NCBI GenBank assembly: GCA_963814375.1
Contig: CAWFCQ010000001.1
Location: forward strand, 1-64,000
Length of the DNA stretch: 64,000 nucleotides
Reading direction: 5' to 3'
Source of the DNA: an uncultured Chloroflexia bacterium
Lineage (GTDB): Bacteria; Chloroflexota; Limnocylindria; QHBO01
Shown: positions 28,311 through 37,565 of the stretch, in pieces
How the letters are laid out: each line of letters starts with the position of its first letter
Position numbering within the stretch: the stretch's first letter is position 1
Notes under the pieces: generated by a model
Told to the model about the DNA's origin: nothing
Databases searched by the model: none
Seen by the model: the letters and a program-made list of their open reading frames with translations, nothing else
Made by a program: the position numbers and the translations under genes

Positions 28311-28532
28311 GTCGTGGCGCGTCAGGAAGGCGGCGTCGCTCTCGGCGAGGCGTCGCTGAAGGCGGACCCAATAGACGTCGCGCTCGTCCGGCTCCCGGAT
28401 CGTGCGCCGATCGAATGCGCGCAGGCCCCGCAGCCACGCAAGGACGCCCGAAGATGGGCGTCGTTCGCGAAGGGCGGCAAGCTGGATCTCGAGCTCGGTC
28501 ATGACGGATCGAAATGTGGCGGCAACCGGCAT
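28278..28532 (-). CDS. Small hypothetical protein
   Basis: GAGGTGG upstream of ATG; MPVAATFRSVMTELEIQLAALRE... Confidence 0.4.
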   Translation of the reverse strand: MPVAATFRSVMTELEIQLAALRERRPSSGVLAWLRGLRAFDRRTIREPDERDVYWVRLQRRLAESDAAFLTRHDPYRSADSADR

Positions 28533-28578
28533 CGTCCTGTATCCCACCTCTGCCGATGTTGACCGGTACCTCCGGCGG

Positions 28579-29532
28579 TCAGGCGATCGCCGGGAGGACG
28601 TGGTCGATCAGGATGCGATCGGTCTGCTCGTGCATCCCGGGCGTGCTGTAGTTCGTGCTGGTGATGACGACCACGGCACCGAGATCGGGGAGGATGACGA
28701 CCTTGCTGCCGCCGTTGCCCTGCATCATCGGCGCAGCGAGGGTGCGCGTGCCGATGCGCAGGCGACGAAGCCACCACAGGTAGCCGTACTCGGTGTCTGA
28801 GTCGACGGCCAGGTGCGGATGGAGGGACGTTCGGACCCAATCTTCCGGGACGACCTGGCGGCCGCGGATCGCGCCACCGTCGAGGTAGAGCTGGCCGAGA
28901 GCGAGGAGGTCGCGACTTCGCAGCTCGAGGCCGCCGCCGGTCTGGACCAGCCCCGTCGGCGAGCGGAACCAGGACGCATCGGTGATGCCGAGGGGGGCGA
29001 AGAGATGCTCATCGGCGTATGCGTCGAGCCGCTCGCCGGTCGCACGCTCGAGGACGCCGGCGAGGGTCGTCACTCCGGCGGTGCAGTAGCGGAAGGAGCC
29101 GTCGCCGTCCTCGCGGGCCGGGAGGTCGAGCGCGAAGCGCAGCCAGTCGGGCGACTCGTACATGCCCTCCTCGTTGCCCGGTGACGAGGGGTCGCCGTCG
29201 TCGCAGTCGAGGTCCGAGCTCATGGTCAGGATGTCGTGGAGCGTCACGCCTCGCTTGGCGGCACTGTCGTTCGCCATCGGCTCGAGGTCGCCGAAGAACG
29301 AGAGGAGGGGAGCGTCGACACCGGTGATCGCGCCGCGATCGATCGCCATGCCGATGAGCATCCCGGCCACCGTCTTCGTCACCGATCGCGTGTTTCGACG
29401 GGCCTCCGCCCCGCCGCCGTCGAAGTACCCCTCGTACGTCATGGCGCCGCGCTGCGCGACGACGACGCTCGTTACGCGGTGGAAGCGCTCGTCGCGAATC
29501 GCGGTCTCGAGGGTCGAGAGATCGAGCGGCAT
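28579..29532 (-). CDS. Serine hydrolase (class C beta-lactamase/esterase family)
   Basis: SVTK (SxxK), ILTMSS, FRYC, YGYLWW, QGNGG. Confidence 0.88.
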   Translation of the reverse strand: MPLDLSTLETAIRDERFHRVTSVVVAQRGAMTYEGYFDGGGAEARRNTRSVTKTVAGMLIGMAIDRGAITGVDAPLLSFFGDLEPMANDSAAKRGVTLHDILTMSSDLDCDDGDPSSPGNEEGMYESPDWLRFALDLPAREDGDGSFRYCTAGVTTLAGVLERATGERLDAYADEHLFAPLGITDASWFRSPTGLVQTGGGLELRSRDLLALGQLYLDGGAIRGRQVVPEDWVRTSLHPHLAVDSDTEYGYLWWLRRLRIGTRTLAAPMMQGNGGSKVVILPDLGAVVVITSTNYSTPGMHEQTDRILIDHVLPAIA

Positions 29533-29536
29533 GCGG

Positions 29537-30013
29537 TCAGCCGCGCGGCTCCAGGATCACGACGGCGGTCTCGCGTGAACGCCGAGATGCCCAGCTGTCG
29601 AGGTTCTCGCCGTCGTACTCGGCCCAGCGCGCCCAGAGGCGGGGACGCTCCTCCGGTGTCGCGGCACGCCCGTGGATCGCTCGCGGACCATCGGGCAGCT
29701 CCACGACCGTGTCCGGGTTGGCCTGGAGGTTCAGCCACCACGCTGGCTCGGGATCGCCCCAGCCGTTCATCGCCATGGTGACGATGTTCGGCCCGTCCTC
29801 GTAGAAGCCAAGGATGGCGATCCGCTCCTTCCCGCTGCGCCGCCCGAGCGTGTGGAGACGCATCATGCCCCAGGTGCCGGGCTTCGCCGGGCGCAGCCCG
29901 AGGCGGCCGCCGGTGAGGCGGAAGATGCCACGGTGGACGACCCATGCGGCACGAATGAACCAGCGGGGCGGCAGTGACGCGCGCTTGACGGTGCCGTTGG
30001 TTTCGGTGGTCAT
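29537..30013 (-). CDS. Deazaflavin-dependent nitroreductase family protein
   Basis: LHTLGRRSGKER, MNGWGDPEPAWWLNLQANP, RSRETAVVILEPR. Confidence 0.85.
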   Translation of the reverse strand: MTTETNGTVKRASLPPRWFIRAAWVVHRGIFRLTGGRLGLRPAKPGTWGMMRLHTLGRRSGKERIAILGFYEDGPNIVTMAMNGWGDPEPAWWLNLQANPDTVVELPDGPRAIHGRAATPEERPRLWARWAEYDGENLDSWASRRSRETAVVILEPRG

Positions 30014-30024
30014 GGGTCGCTCCT

Positions 30025-30249
30025 TCAGCTCGGTGTGGTGGGGTATTGGAAGACATCCTCGAGCGGGACGCCGAACGCCTGGGCGATCTGGAATGCCATC
30101 TCGAGCGACGGCGAGTACCGCCCCTGCTCGATGGCGATGATGGTCTGGCGGGTGACGCCGATGCGCTTGGCGAGCTCGGCCTGGGTCATCTCGCCGTGCG
30201 CGAATCGAAGGCCTCGGACCTCGTTCGTGACCCGCGTCGGCTTGCCCAT
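30025..30249 (-). CDS. XRE-family HTH transcriptional regulator
   Basis: MTQAELAKRIGVTRQTIIAIEQGRYSPSLEMA. Confidence 0.92.
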   Translation of the reverse strand: MGKPTRVTNEVRGLRFAHGEMTQAELAKRIGVTRQTIIAIEQGRYSPSLEMAFQIAQAFGVPLEDVFQYPTTPS

Positions 30250-30252
30250 CGG

Positions 30253-30672
30253 CTAGAACCCGCGCCGGTAGGCGAACAGCTTGATCGCCGCGCCGACGAT
30301 GGCCGATAGCGCGAACACGAGGTACATCGCATTGGCGATCCAGAAGTGGTCGACCTCGGTGATGGCCAGGATGAAGGGGACGACCATGCCGATGCCGAGC
30401 AGCGTGCCGGCCACGTACTCGCCGAAGCGGCCGATGTCCCGGTCACGCACGTCGGACGAGTAGTCGTCGCTTGGCCTCGCGACCTCGACCAGGATGCGGC
30501 CCACGATCGCTCCGGCGATGGATGCGCCGATCGTCCACAGCATGATCGGGACGTAGTCGACCTCCGACAGCGGCGTCGCGCCGGCACGTCCGAAGAGCTG
30601 GATGAGGTACGCGCCGTAGCCGACCGCGACGACGACGATGTAGACCCACTGACCCTTCTCTTCGTACGACAT
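30253..30672 (-). CDS. Membrane protein typically paired with an XRE regulator (DUF2178-like)
   Basis: MSYEEKGQW, 4 TM helices, DVRDRDI, C-terminal YRRGF. Confidence 0.75.
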   Translation of the reverse strand: MSYEEKGQWVYIVVVAVGYGAYLIQLFGRAGATPLSEVDYVPIMLWTIGASIAGAIVGRILVEVARPSDDYSSDVRDRDIGRFGEYVAGTLLGIGMVVPFILAITEVDHFWIANAMYLVFALSAIVGAAIKLFAYRRGF

Positions 30673-30687
30673 CGCCGAGCTCCCCGA

Positions 30688-30751
30688 TGTACAGAATGTT
30701 TGACATCGGCAAGGTAAAGCAACGCTGACACCGTGTCAAGCCTGCTTTACA
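30688..30751. promoter_or_regulatory. Three 18-bp XRE operator-like palindromes
   Basis: TGTACAGaatgTTTGACA 30688-30705, GGTAAAGcaacGCTGACA 30713-30730, TGTCAAGcctgCTTTACA 30734-30751. Confidence 0.65.
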
Positions 30752-30787
30752 TCACGCAACCTGGCGACCTGGCTCGGCGGCGTTCCT

Positions 30788-30966
30788 CTCGATTCATCGC
30801 GACATCTTCACCAGAAGGCATCTCGAGGTTGCGTTCTCACGATGGATCGCGAGCTGACACGCCGGGGCTGCACCCCGAGGTGCAGTTCGTGCGCGCAGGG
30901 CCGCGATGGATCGCGGGAACAGCACCCTTATCGGTCTTCAGGTGGATCGGCCGCGACGGATCGCGA
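30788..30966. repeat. Array of four short palindromes (CGCGAT-N2-ATCGCG consensus)
   Basis: Cores at 30790, 30840, 30904 and 30954; an inverted partial copy at 31033-31043. Confidence 0.45.
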
Positions 30967-31044
30967 CACCACAGGCCGGAGGGGTCGGCCGGGAAGTTCG
31001 GCGAAGGACCTGGAGTGATCCTCGTCGGCCGACGCGATCCGTCC

Positions 31045-31410
31045 TCAGCCCTGGCGGGAGTCCACGAAGGGTCGCACCTCGATCGGTGTGCGAATCACGG
31101 CGCTCGTCTTCGCCGCCCATGCCCTTGCCGAGTCGAGATCCTCGGCCTTGATGATGTAGAAGCCTCCGATCGACTCCTTGGCTTCCACATACGGCCCGTC
31201 GGTGGTGAGCACCGAGCCGTTCTGTGCGTCGACGACTGAGGCGCGGTCTGCCCCGGTGAGGCGGCCGCTGAAGACCAGCGCGCCGCTAGACCTCATCTCC
31301 GACTCGAGCTCGGCGATCGCGTTCATCAGGTCCGACACCTGCTCATCGGTCATCGACGACGGTGGCGACGCATCCGCGGCCATGTGTACGGACAACAGGT
31401 ATTGGGCCAT
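31045..31410 (-). CDS. YciI/DGPF family protein
   Basis: TTDGPYVEAKESIGGFYII, IEVRP. Confidence 0.88.
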   Translation of the reverse strand: MAQYLLSVHMAADASPPSSMTDEQVSDLMNAIAELESEMRSSGALVFSGRLTGADRASVVDAQNGSVLTTDGPYVEAKESIGGFYIIKAEDLDSARAWAAKTSAVIRTPIEVRPFVDSRQG

Positions 31411-31494
31411 CACGTTTCCTCCCGGATGTCTCGTTGCTCAGACTAGACGACGAACGAGGGCCGTCCAGATCGACCGGCGCAGTAGGCTCTCCCC

Positions 31495-32701
31495 ATGACC
31501 GGATACTCGGCCGATGTCGCGGCGAGCCGCGCTGGCGCTGACCGCGCCGAGATCGATCGGCTCACCCAGCTTGGCGTCCTGAGCGGCGACGCCGACGGCG
31601 GCTATACCGAAGCGGACATCCGCCGCGTGCAGGTCGTCCAGGAGCTGGAGCGGTCCGGCCTGTTGACGGAGGCGCTGGCCAACCTGCTACGCGACGGAGG
31701 GATCTCCCTTGAGTTCATCGATGAGGCCGGCTTCGGGGTATTCGCGCCTCTCAGCGACGTCACCTTCGCCGAGCTCAGCGAGCGGACCGGCATCCCGGTC
31801 GACCTGCTGACGGTTCTCCGAGACGTCACAGGGGGGAAATCGGCAGCGCCCGGCGACCGGGTGCGCGAGGACGAGCTCGAGATCCTGCCTCTCATGGAGT
31901 ATCAGCTCGAGCTCGGATTCCGACCGCAGGCAGTCGAGCGCGCGCTGCGGGTGTACGGCGACAGCCTGCGGCGGATCGCGGAGAGCGAGGCCGAGTGGTG
32001 GCGGTCGGAGGTCCAGGACCCCTTGCTTGCGAAGGGAGGATCGGCGAACGATATCGGCCAGCGGGCTCGGGAGATCTCGCCGCGTTTGTCGCTGGCGTCC
32101 GATGGGGCGCTGGCCGCGATCTACCACGCGCAGCAGATGCACGTCTGGTCGGTGAACATCGTTGGCGGCTTCGCGCTGGCCCTGGAGCAGGCGGGCATCC
32201 GACGTCGCGAGGAGACGCTTCCCCGCGATGTGCTTCCTCGACCTCAGCGGGTACACCCAGCTGACGCAGGAGCGCGGTGACGCCGCGGCCGCAGAGCTCG
32301 CCGAGCGGCTGAATCGAATCGTGCAGCGCATCTCGGTGCAGCACGGTGGCCGCCCGGTCAAGTGGCTGGGAGACGGGGTGATGTTCCACTTCCCGGAGCC
32401 GGCCGGCGGCGTGGTGGCCGCCATCGAGATGGTCGGCGCCCTCGCCGAAGCCGGCCTGCCGCCGGCCCACGTCGGTCTCCATGCCGGACCGGTCGTCCTC
32501 CAGGAGGGAGACTTCTACGGACAGACCGTCAACCTCGCCTCGCGCATCGGCGAGTACGCTCGCGCCGGCGAGGTCCTCGTCAGCCAATCGGTGGTGGATG
32601 CCGCCAGTGAGTCCGGTGCAACCTTCGAGCCGATCGGCGACGTTGCGCTCAAAGGTGTCGCGCAGCCGATCTCGCTCTATGCCGCACAATCGGATTCCTG
32701 A
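31495..32701 (+). CDS. Class III adenylate cyclase with N-terminal MerR-like/regulatory domain, frameshift near 32221
   Basis: After the shift: AMCFLDLSGYT, VKWLGDGVM, GLHAG, GDFYGQTVNLASR. Confidence 0.8.
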
Positions 32702-32892
32702 ACCGCTCATCCTCGCGCGGTTGCCCTTCAGCGGCACTAATGGCCAAGTTCGCGCTCCAGCGTGGCCGGCTGGACCGATCCGCGGCAACAGACAGCCACC
32801 TTGGGACGGTAATCATCCCCACGTTGGCTGATAGTTCCGCTCCGGAACAACGCCGCGGAATGCCACCGAGGTGAGTCACGACGTCGAACGGA

Positions 32893-33339
32893 TCACTGTC
32901 GCCAGGTGACGTAGCGGGGAACGCGGTCACGGTAGGCCGTGTACGCCGCTCCGAAGCGATCCTCGAGCCGTGACTCCTCGGCCTGGATCTCGCGGTCCAC
33001 GGCGGCGACGGCGACAGCCCAGCCGGCCAGCATCCAGACCGACCGGCTCGCCAGCGCCACGCCGAGCACGCCGGCGGACCACCCGACGTACATCGGGTTC
33101 CGGGTCAGGGCATACGCACCGTGGGTGACGAGCGCCGACTCGCGTTCGACGTCCGCCTCGCCGGCCGAGACGACAGCCCACGCAGCGAGACCGACGCCTC
33201 CGGCGACCAGCGAGGTCGCGAGCGGCCATCGCGCTCCGCCGTCGAGTGGCAGGCGGATCGGGACGAGGTAGTGGAGCCCGGCCCCCGCGATGACGGCGGC
33301 GACGTGTGCTTCCGGGACGGGGACGTTCGACCAGCGCAT
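32893..33339 (-). CDS. Isoprenylcysteine carboxyl methyltransferase/PEMT family membrane protein
   Basis: LVTHGAYALTRNPMY, EESRL..RFG..Y..YRDRVPRY. Confidence 0.85.
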   Translation of the reverse strand: MRWSNVPVPEAHVAAVIAGAGLHYLVPIRLPLDGGARWPLATSLVAGGVGLAAWAVVSAGEADVERESALVTHGAYALTRNPMYVGWSAGVLGVALASRSVWMLAGWAVAVAAVDREIQAEESRLEDRFGAAYTAYRDRVPRYVTWRQ

Positions 33340-33436
33340 GCGATTCGGCGTGCTGACTCCTGCCGCGGAGGCTAGCACCACGATGGCGAGTTCCGGCTCT
33401 TGGCGTCATGGGTCGGGCGGCGTACACTTCGCCAAA

Positions 33437-33646
33437 GTGAACATTCGTTCTATTGTGGCGCCGACGCTGTCGCGCTATCCGACCGAGTACCAGTGGCAGG
33501 AGCTCGAAGACGAGCTGCGCCGGACGCTCAGCAAGATGCCGATGCAGTCGCTGCCGGAGGCGCTCGGCGACGAGCCGGCGAAGACGGTGCTCGAGGACTG
33601 GCGCCATCGCCACTGGCTGGACGAGACGGCGAATCTCCTGCCGTAG
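33437..33646 (+). CDS. Small hypothetical protein
   Basis: GTG start after TACACT; YPTEYQWQELEDELRR...; codon pattern like its neighbours. Confidence 0.45.
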   Translation: MNIRSIVAPTLSRYPTEYQWQELEDELRRTLSKMPMQSLPEALGDEPAKTVLEDWRHRHWLDETANLLP

Positions 33647-33678
33647 CGACGGCGCGTCGCCCTGCGACAATCGCCCTC

Positions 33679-36492
33679 GTGGCACTGATCGACCGCGAGT
33701 CCGAGCGAAGGCAGATCGAGTCGTTCCTCGATGGCGGCGGATCGGGGACGCGCGCCCTCCTGCTCAGCGGCGTGGCCGGCATCGGCAAGACGACGCTGTG
33801 GCAGGCGGCGCTTGAAGGCGCCGGCGAGCGCGGCTACCGCATCATCACCACGCGCCCAACGGAGGCTGAGGCGCGGCTCCCGCTGGCGGGCCTCAACGAC
33901 CTGTTCGGCGAGCTCGTCGAGGTCGCCCAGGGCGTCCTGCCGCCGCCGCAGCAGGCTGCCATAGACGTGGCCCTCATGCGCGCCGATGTCGGGGACGAGC
34001 CGATCCAGCCCCTGGCGCTGTCACTGGCGGTGCTGGAGCTCGTCCGCGTTGCGACGCGGGAGCGGCCGCTCGCCCTGGCGATGGACGATGTCCAGTGGCT
34101 CGACGATTCGACGGCCGGCGTGCTGCGGTTCGCGCTGCGCCGGGTGGACCAGGAGCCGGTGATCGTCATCGCCACCGAGCGAAGCTCGTCCGACGCGACG
34201 CTGCCGGACGCCGTCGCCGACCTCTCCCCTGAGCGCGTCACCCGCCTAGCCGTCTCGCCGCTCGGCCCGGAGGCAACCGATCGGCTGCTGGACGAGTCGC
34301 TCGGCCTGCGCCTCGCGCCGACCGTGCTGCGACGCGTCCACCGGATGTCTGGCGGCAATCCCTTCTATGCCCTCGAGGTCGGCCGGGTCGTCCAGGCGCG
34401 ACGGAGGGAGCAGGCGGCAGACGAGATCGCGCTGCCCGATTCGCTGACCGGCCTCCTGCGGGAGCGCCTCGCATCACTGACGCCCGACGCGCGCGCCGTG
34501 TTGGTCCACGCCGCGGCGCTGTCGCAGCCAACGGCCCCACTGCTCGAGGCGGCGCTCGGAGTCGAGCCCGCCCGCTCCGGGTTGGCCGCCGCCGAGGCCA
34601 CCGCCATGCTGACCGTCGCCGGCGACCACATCCGGTTCACGCACCCGCTCCTGGCGGCGGAGGCCTACGGCGAGCTCGACGAGACCGAGCGACGCGACGT
34701 CCATCGGCGATTGGCGGCGGTCGTCGCCGAGCCGGAGGAGCTGGCCCGCCACCTCGCCCTGGCGACTTCCGGACCGGATCCCGATGTCGCGGCGGCCCTC
34801 GATGCTGCCGCCAGCCACGCGGCAAGCCGCGGCGCCCCGGACGCGGCCGCCGAGCTGGCGGAGCTCGCTGCCCGCCTGACGACGAATACCGATGCCGAGC
34901 GGGCGCGACGGATGGCGGCAGCCGGGCGCCATCGGCTCATGGCCGGCGACGTCGAACGCTCGCGCGAGCTCTTGGAGCGCGCGCTCGAGGAACCCGCCGC
35001 CGCCCGGGGAGTCGCGCGGGCCGAGCTTCTGTTCCGCCTTGCGGGAGTGAGGCAGCTGTTGGACGACTTCGAGGCGTCCGACGCACTGGGTCAAGAGGCC
35101 CTGCGCCATGCCGCTGACGACGTCGCGCTCACCGTCCAGGTCAAGCTGCTCCTCGCCGGGGTCGCGTTCATCACCGGGAGGCGCTGGAAGGCAGGTGCGA
35201 AGCACGCATCAGAGGCAATGCGCCTGGCCGATGCGGCGGGCGATCCCCGGCTCGTGGCGACGGCGATCGGCGCGTACCTCTCCTGGCGCTATGCCACCGG
35301 GCATGGGCTCGACTCGAAGCTGGTCCGGCGGGCCGAGGCGCTCGAGCCCGAGACGCGCCACTTCCGCACGCTCGATCTGCCGGAGTTCGACATAGCGAGC
35401 ATCGAGGCTTCCGAAGGGCTGACGGCCTCGGCCTACGCCCGCCTCGGCAAGCTCGTCGATCGTGCCGAGGACGACGGCGACTACTCCAGCCTGCCATTCC
35501 TGCTGGCCACCGCGGCCCTCGGTGACTTCCTCGACGGCCGGCGCGACGACGCCCGTGAGCGGCTGGGTCGTTCCGAGCGCCTCGCCGTGACGACCGGCCA
35601 GCACACGGCGCGGGTCCACACCCTCGTGGGTGAAGCCCGCATCGAGGCGCGCCTCGGCAATCCCGAACGTGCCATCGCCGCGGGGCGCGAGGCGTTCGAG
35701 CTGATGGAGGACACGAAGTGGCGCGTCGGTGACTGGTGGATGCGGACCGACCTCGCGATGCTCCAGCTGAGCCTCGACGACCCGTCGGCGGCCCTCGAGT
35801 ACGTCGCCCGGTCCGTCACTCCGTCCGAAGCCGACGACGCGGGTCGACGCAGATGGGCCCAACCGGCAGCGGTGGAGGCGCTCGTCGCGCTCGGCCGTCA
35901 CGATGAGGCTGCATTGGCCCTCGACATCATCGAGGCCGAGTCGAGAGCGCGCGATCCTCGCCGCCTCCGGGCCGATCGGCTGCGGGCCAGGGCGCGATTC
36001 CTGGCCTCGACCGGCGACATCGGAGCGGCGGAGGAGCTCATCGGCCAGGCAGAAGCGCTTCACCGCGACATGGGCGACGCTTGGGAGCTGGCTCGGACGA
36101 TGCTCGTGGTGGGGGAGATCCACCGCCGCGCTCGCCGGCGCGCGATGGCCAGGGCGGCGCTGCGCGAGGCGCTCGAGACGTTCGTCTTCCTGGGTGCGCA
36201 GCTGTGGGCCAGGCAAGCTCGAGAGCAGCTGGCACGCATCAGCGGAGCCCGCCCTCCGGGAGAGCTGACGCCGACCCAGCACCGGGTGGCGGAGCTCGCG
36301 GCAGGTGGCCTGACGAACCGGCAGGTCGCCGATCGGCTCTCGATGAGCCCGCACACCGTCGAAGCTCATCTCAGCGCTGCCTACCAGGCGCTCGGGATCC
36401 GCTCGCGCTCCGAGCTGCGTGGCGCGCTCGCGACTGATCCGGCTCCGGTGCGGGATTCAGCCGGCGGAACCCGGGATACAGCACCGTCATAG
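33679..36492 (+). CDS. Large ATP-binding LuxR (STAND/MalT-like) regulator
   Basis: GVAGIGKTT Walker A, DDVQWLD, GGNPFY, FTHPL, C-terminal LTPTQ...TVEAHL HTH. Confidence 0.92.
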   Translation: MALIDRESERRQIESFLDGGGSGTRALLLSGVAGIGKTTLWQAALEGAGERGYRIITTRPTEAEARLPLAGLNDLFGELVEVAQGVLPPPQQAAIDVALMRADVGDEPIQPLALSLAVLELVRVATRERPLALAMDDVQWLDDSTAGVLRFALRRVDQEPVIVIATERSSSDATLPDAVADLSPERVTRLAVSPLGPEATDRLLDESLGLRLAPTVLRRVHRMSGGNPFYALEVGRVVQARRREQAADEIALPDSLTGLLRERLASLTPDARAVLVHAAALSQPTAPLLEAALGVEPARSGLAAAEATAMLTVAGDHIRFTHPLLAAEAYGELDETERRDVHRRLAAVVAEPEELARHLALATSGPDPDVAAALDAAASHAASRGAPDAAAELAELAARLTTNTDAERARRMAAAGRHRLMAGDVERSRELLERALEEPAAARGVARAELLFRLAGVRQLLDDFEASDALGQEALRHAADDVALTVQVKLLLAGVAFITGRRWKAGAKHASEAMRLADAAGDPRLVATAIGAYLSWRYATGHGLDSKLVRRAEALEPETRHFRTLDLPEFDIASIEASEGLTASAYARLGKLVDRAEDDGDYSSLPFLLATAALGDFLDGRRDDARERLGRSERLAVTTGQHTARVHTLVGEARIEARLGNPERAIAAGREAFELMEDTKWRVGDWWMRTDLAMLQLSLDDPSAALEYVARSVTPSEADDAGRRRWAQPAAVEALVALGRHDEAALALDIIEAESRARDPRRLRADRLRARARFLASTGDIGAAEELIGQAEALHRDMGDAWELARTMLVVGEIHRRARRRAMARAALREALETFVFLGAQLWARQAREQLARISGARPPGELTPTQHRVAELAAGGLTNRQVADRLSMSPHTVEAHLSAAYQALGIRSRSELRGALATDPAPVRDSAGGTRDTAPS

Positions 36493-36588
36493 ATCCGAGC
36501 CATTGGGGAATTTCGCTCTTCGCCCGCTGAGCCGATGCTCGACGCAGAGCTCGCCGGGAGGTCCGGCGACAACAGAGGAGCAAGAGCA

Positions 36589-36870
36589 ATGGCTCACGTC
36601 AACCAGGCGGAGCGAAACTTCCCGCAGACCGCCTTCTACGTCTTCGCAACGGCTCTCATGGCCGCGGCAGTCACCGTGATCGTCGCCCTCTCAGCGCTCG
36701 GTCCCATCCGGCTCGGTCCGATCTCGGAACCGATCCAGATCAGCCCCGCGCTGGTGCAGGCCGGCCGCCAGTGGGAGCTCGAGCACAAGCAGCAGAGCGG
36801 CTACGTCGATCCAGTCATCGAGTACGGCCGCGACTGGGAGAAGCAGCGCCGGCAGCAGAGCTCCTTCTGA
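36589..36870 (+). CDS. Small membrane-anchored/secreted protein with duplicated GRxWE..QQS motif
   Basis: GAGGAG RBS; hydrophobic helix; QAGRQWELEHKQQS / EYGRDWEKQRRQQS. Confidence 0.7.
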   Translation: MAHVNQAERNFPQTAFYVFATALMAAAVTVIVALSALGPIRLGPISEPIQISPALVQAGRQWELEHKQQSGYVDPVIEYGRDWEKQRRQQSSF

Positions 36871-36886
36871 CCAGATCCGCCACCCT

Positions 36887-36924
36887 GGCCCGGCCGCGGG
36901 ACGATCCCACGGCCGGGCCCTTTC
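36887..36924 (+). terminator. Rho-independent terminator
   Basis: GGCCCGGCCG...CGGCCGGGCC stem followed by CTTT; a second hairpin GCGGGGATC/GATCCCCGC+TCTTT at 36941-36968. Confidence 0.7.
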
Positions 36925-36965
36925 GTCTTGCCCATACGCCGCGGGGATCGACCAGATCCCCGCTC

Positions 36966-37097
36966 TTTACCGATGCGAGTAATCAACGGAGAAGGAAGCA
37001 CCGGTTCCGTCTCGAATCGGTCACGCGTTTCCCGACTTCGGTAACCGATCGCCAAGGAAGGGCCACTGGGTCTCCGTTGGTTACCGGTGCTGGTAAA
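36966..37097 (+). ncRNA. Candidate rod-shaped structured RNA or inverted-repeat element
   Basis: 27-nt ungapped outer stem 36966-36992/37071-37097 (20 WC, 4 GU, 3 mismatches) plus inner stems ATCGGTCAC/GTAACCGAT and GGTTC/GGGCC. Confidence 0.4.
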
Positions 37098-37203
37098 CCG
37101 TCACTCGTCCACGCAACGTTCACAGTCCGTGCGCAATCGCACGTCAGCCTCTTCGGTGAGCGACCCGACACGCGGGACGCGCCACACACTGAGAGGAATC
37201 ACG

Positions 37204-37506
37204 ATGCATGCAGTCATGAGGACGCAGAATCCAGCCGACTCAGGTCGAGGGATCCGAGGCACGTTCTATCCGAGCGAAGGAGCCGGCGGCGGCGGCGGAT
37301 CGATGGGCGCAGTGCTGCCGAAGGTGATCGGTGTCGTGGTGGCCATGGCGGTCGTGCGCACCGTCATCGCCAGCGCGAAGCACCACGGAGGCTCGTCGCG
37401 GTGGGGCCGTCGGCGCGAGGCGATCGCCGAGCTCCATCGGGAGCTTCACGCCGAAGACGGTGGGAACGAGCCCGCGCCCAAGGGCTCGCGCGGCGCGACC
37501 GCCTGA
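37204..37506 (+). CDS. Small hypothetical membrane protein
   Basis: GAGAGGA RBS; hydrophobic segment; AELHRELH motif. Confidence 0.5.
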   Translation: MHAVMRTQNPADSGRGIRGTFYPSEGAGGGGGSMGAVLPKVIGVVVAMAVVRTVIASAKHHGGSSRWGRRREAIAELHRELHAEDGGNEPAPKGSRGATA

Positions 37507-37565
37507 TCATTGGCCTGTGGCGGGCGCGTGGGGCTGGCATCGGCGTTGCTGAAGAGAGGCGCGTG

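Noticed and set aside
30788-30966. CRISPR array
   Set aside because: Repeats are only 14-18 bp, degenerate and unevenly spaced, and no cas genes are present
32820-32860. Hammerhead ribozyme core
   Set aside because: CTGATAG...CAAC does not match CUGANGA/GAAA
36979-37084. Integron attC site
   Set aside because: RYYYAAC/GTTRRRY cores are not matched and there is no integrase or cassette series; kept only as a structured-RNA candidate
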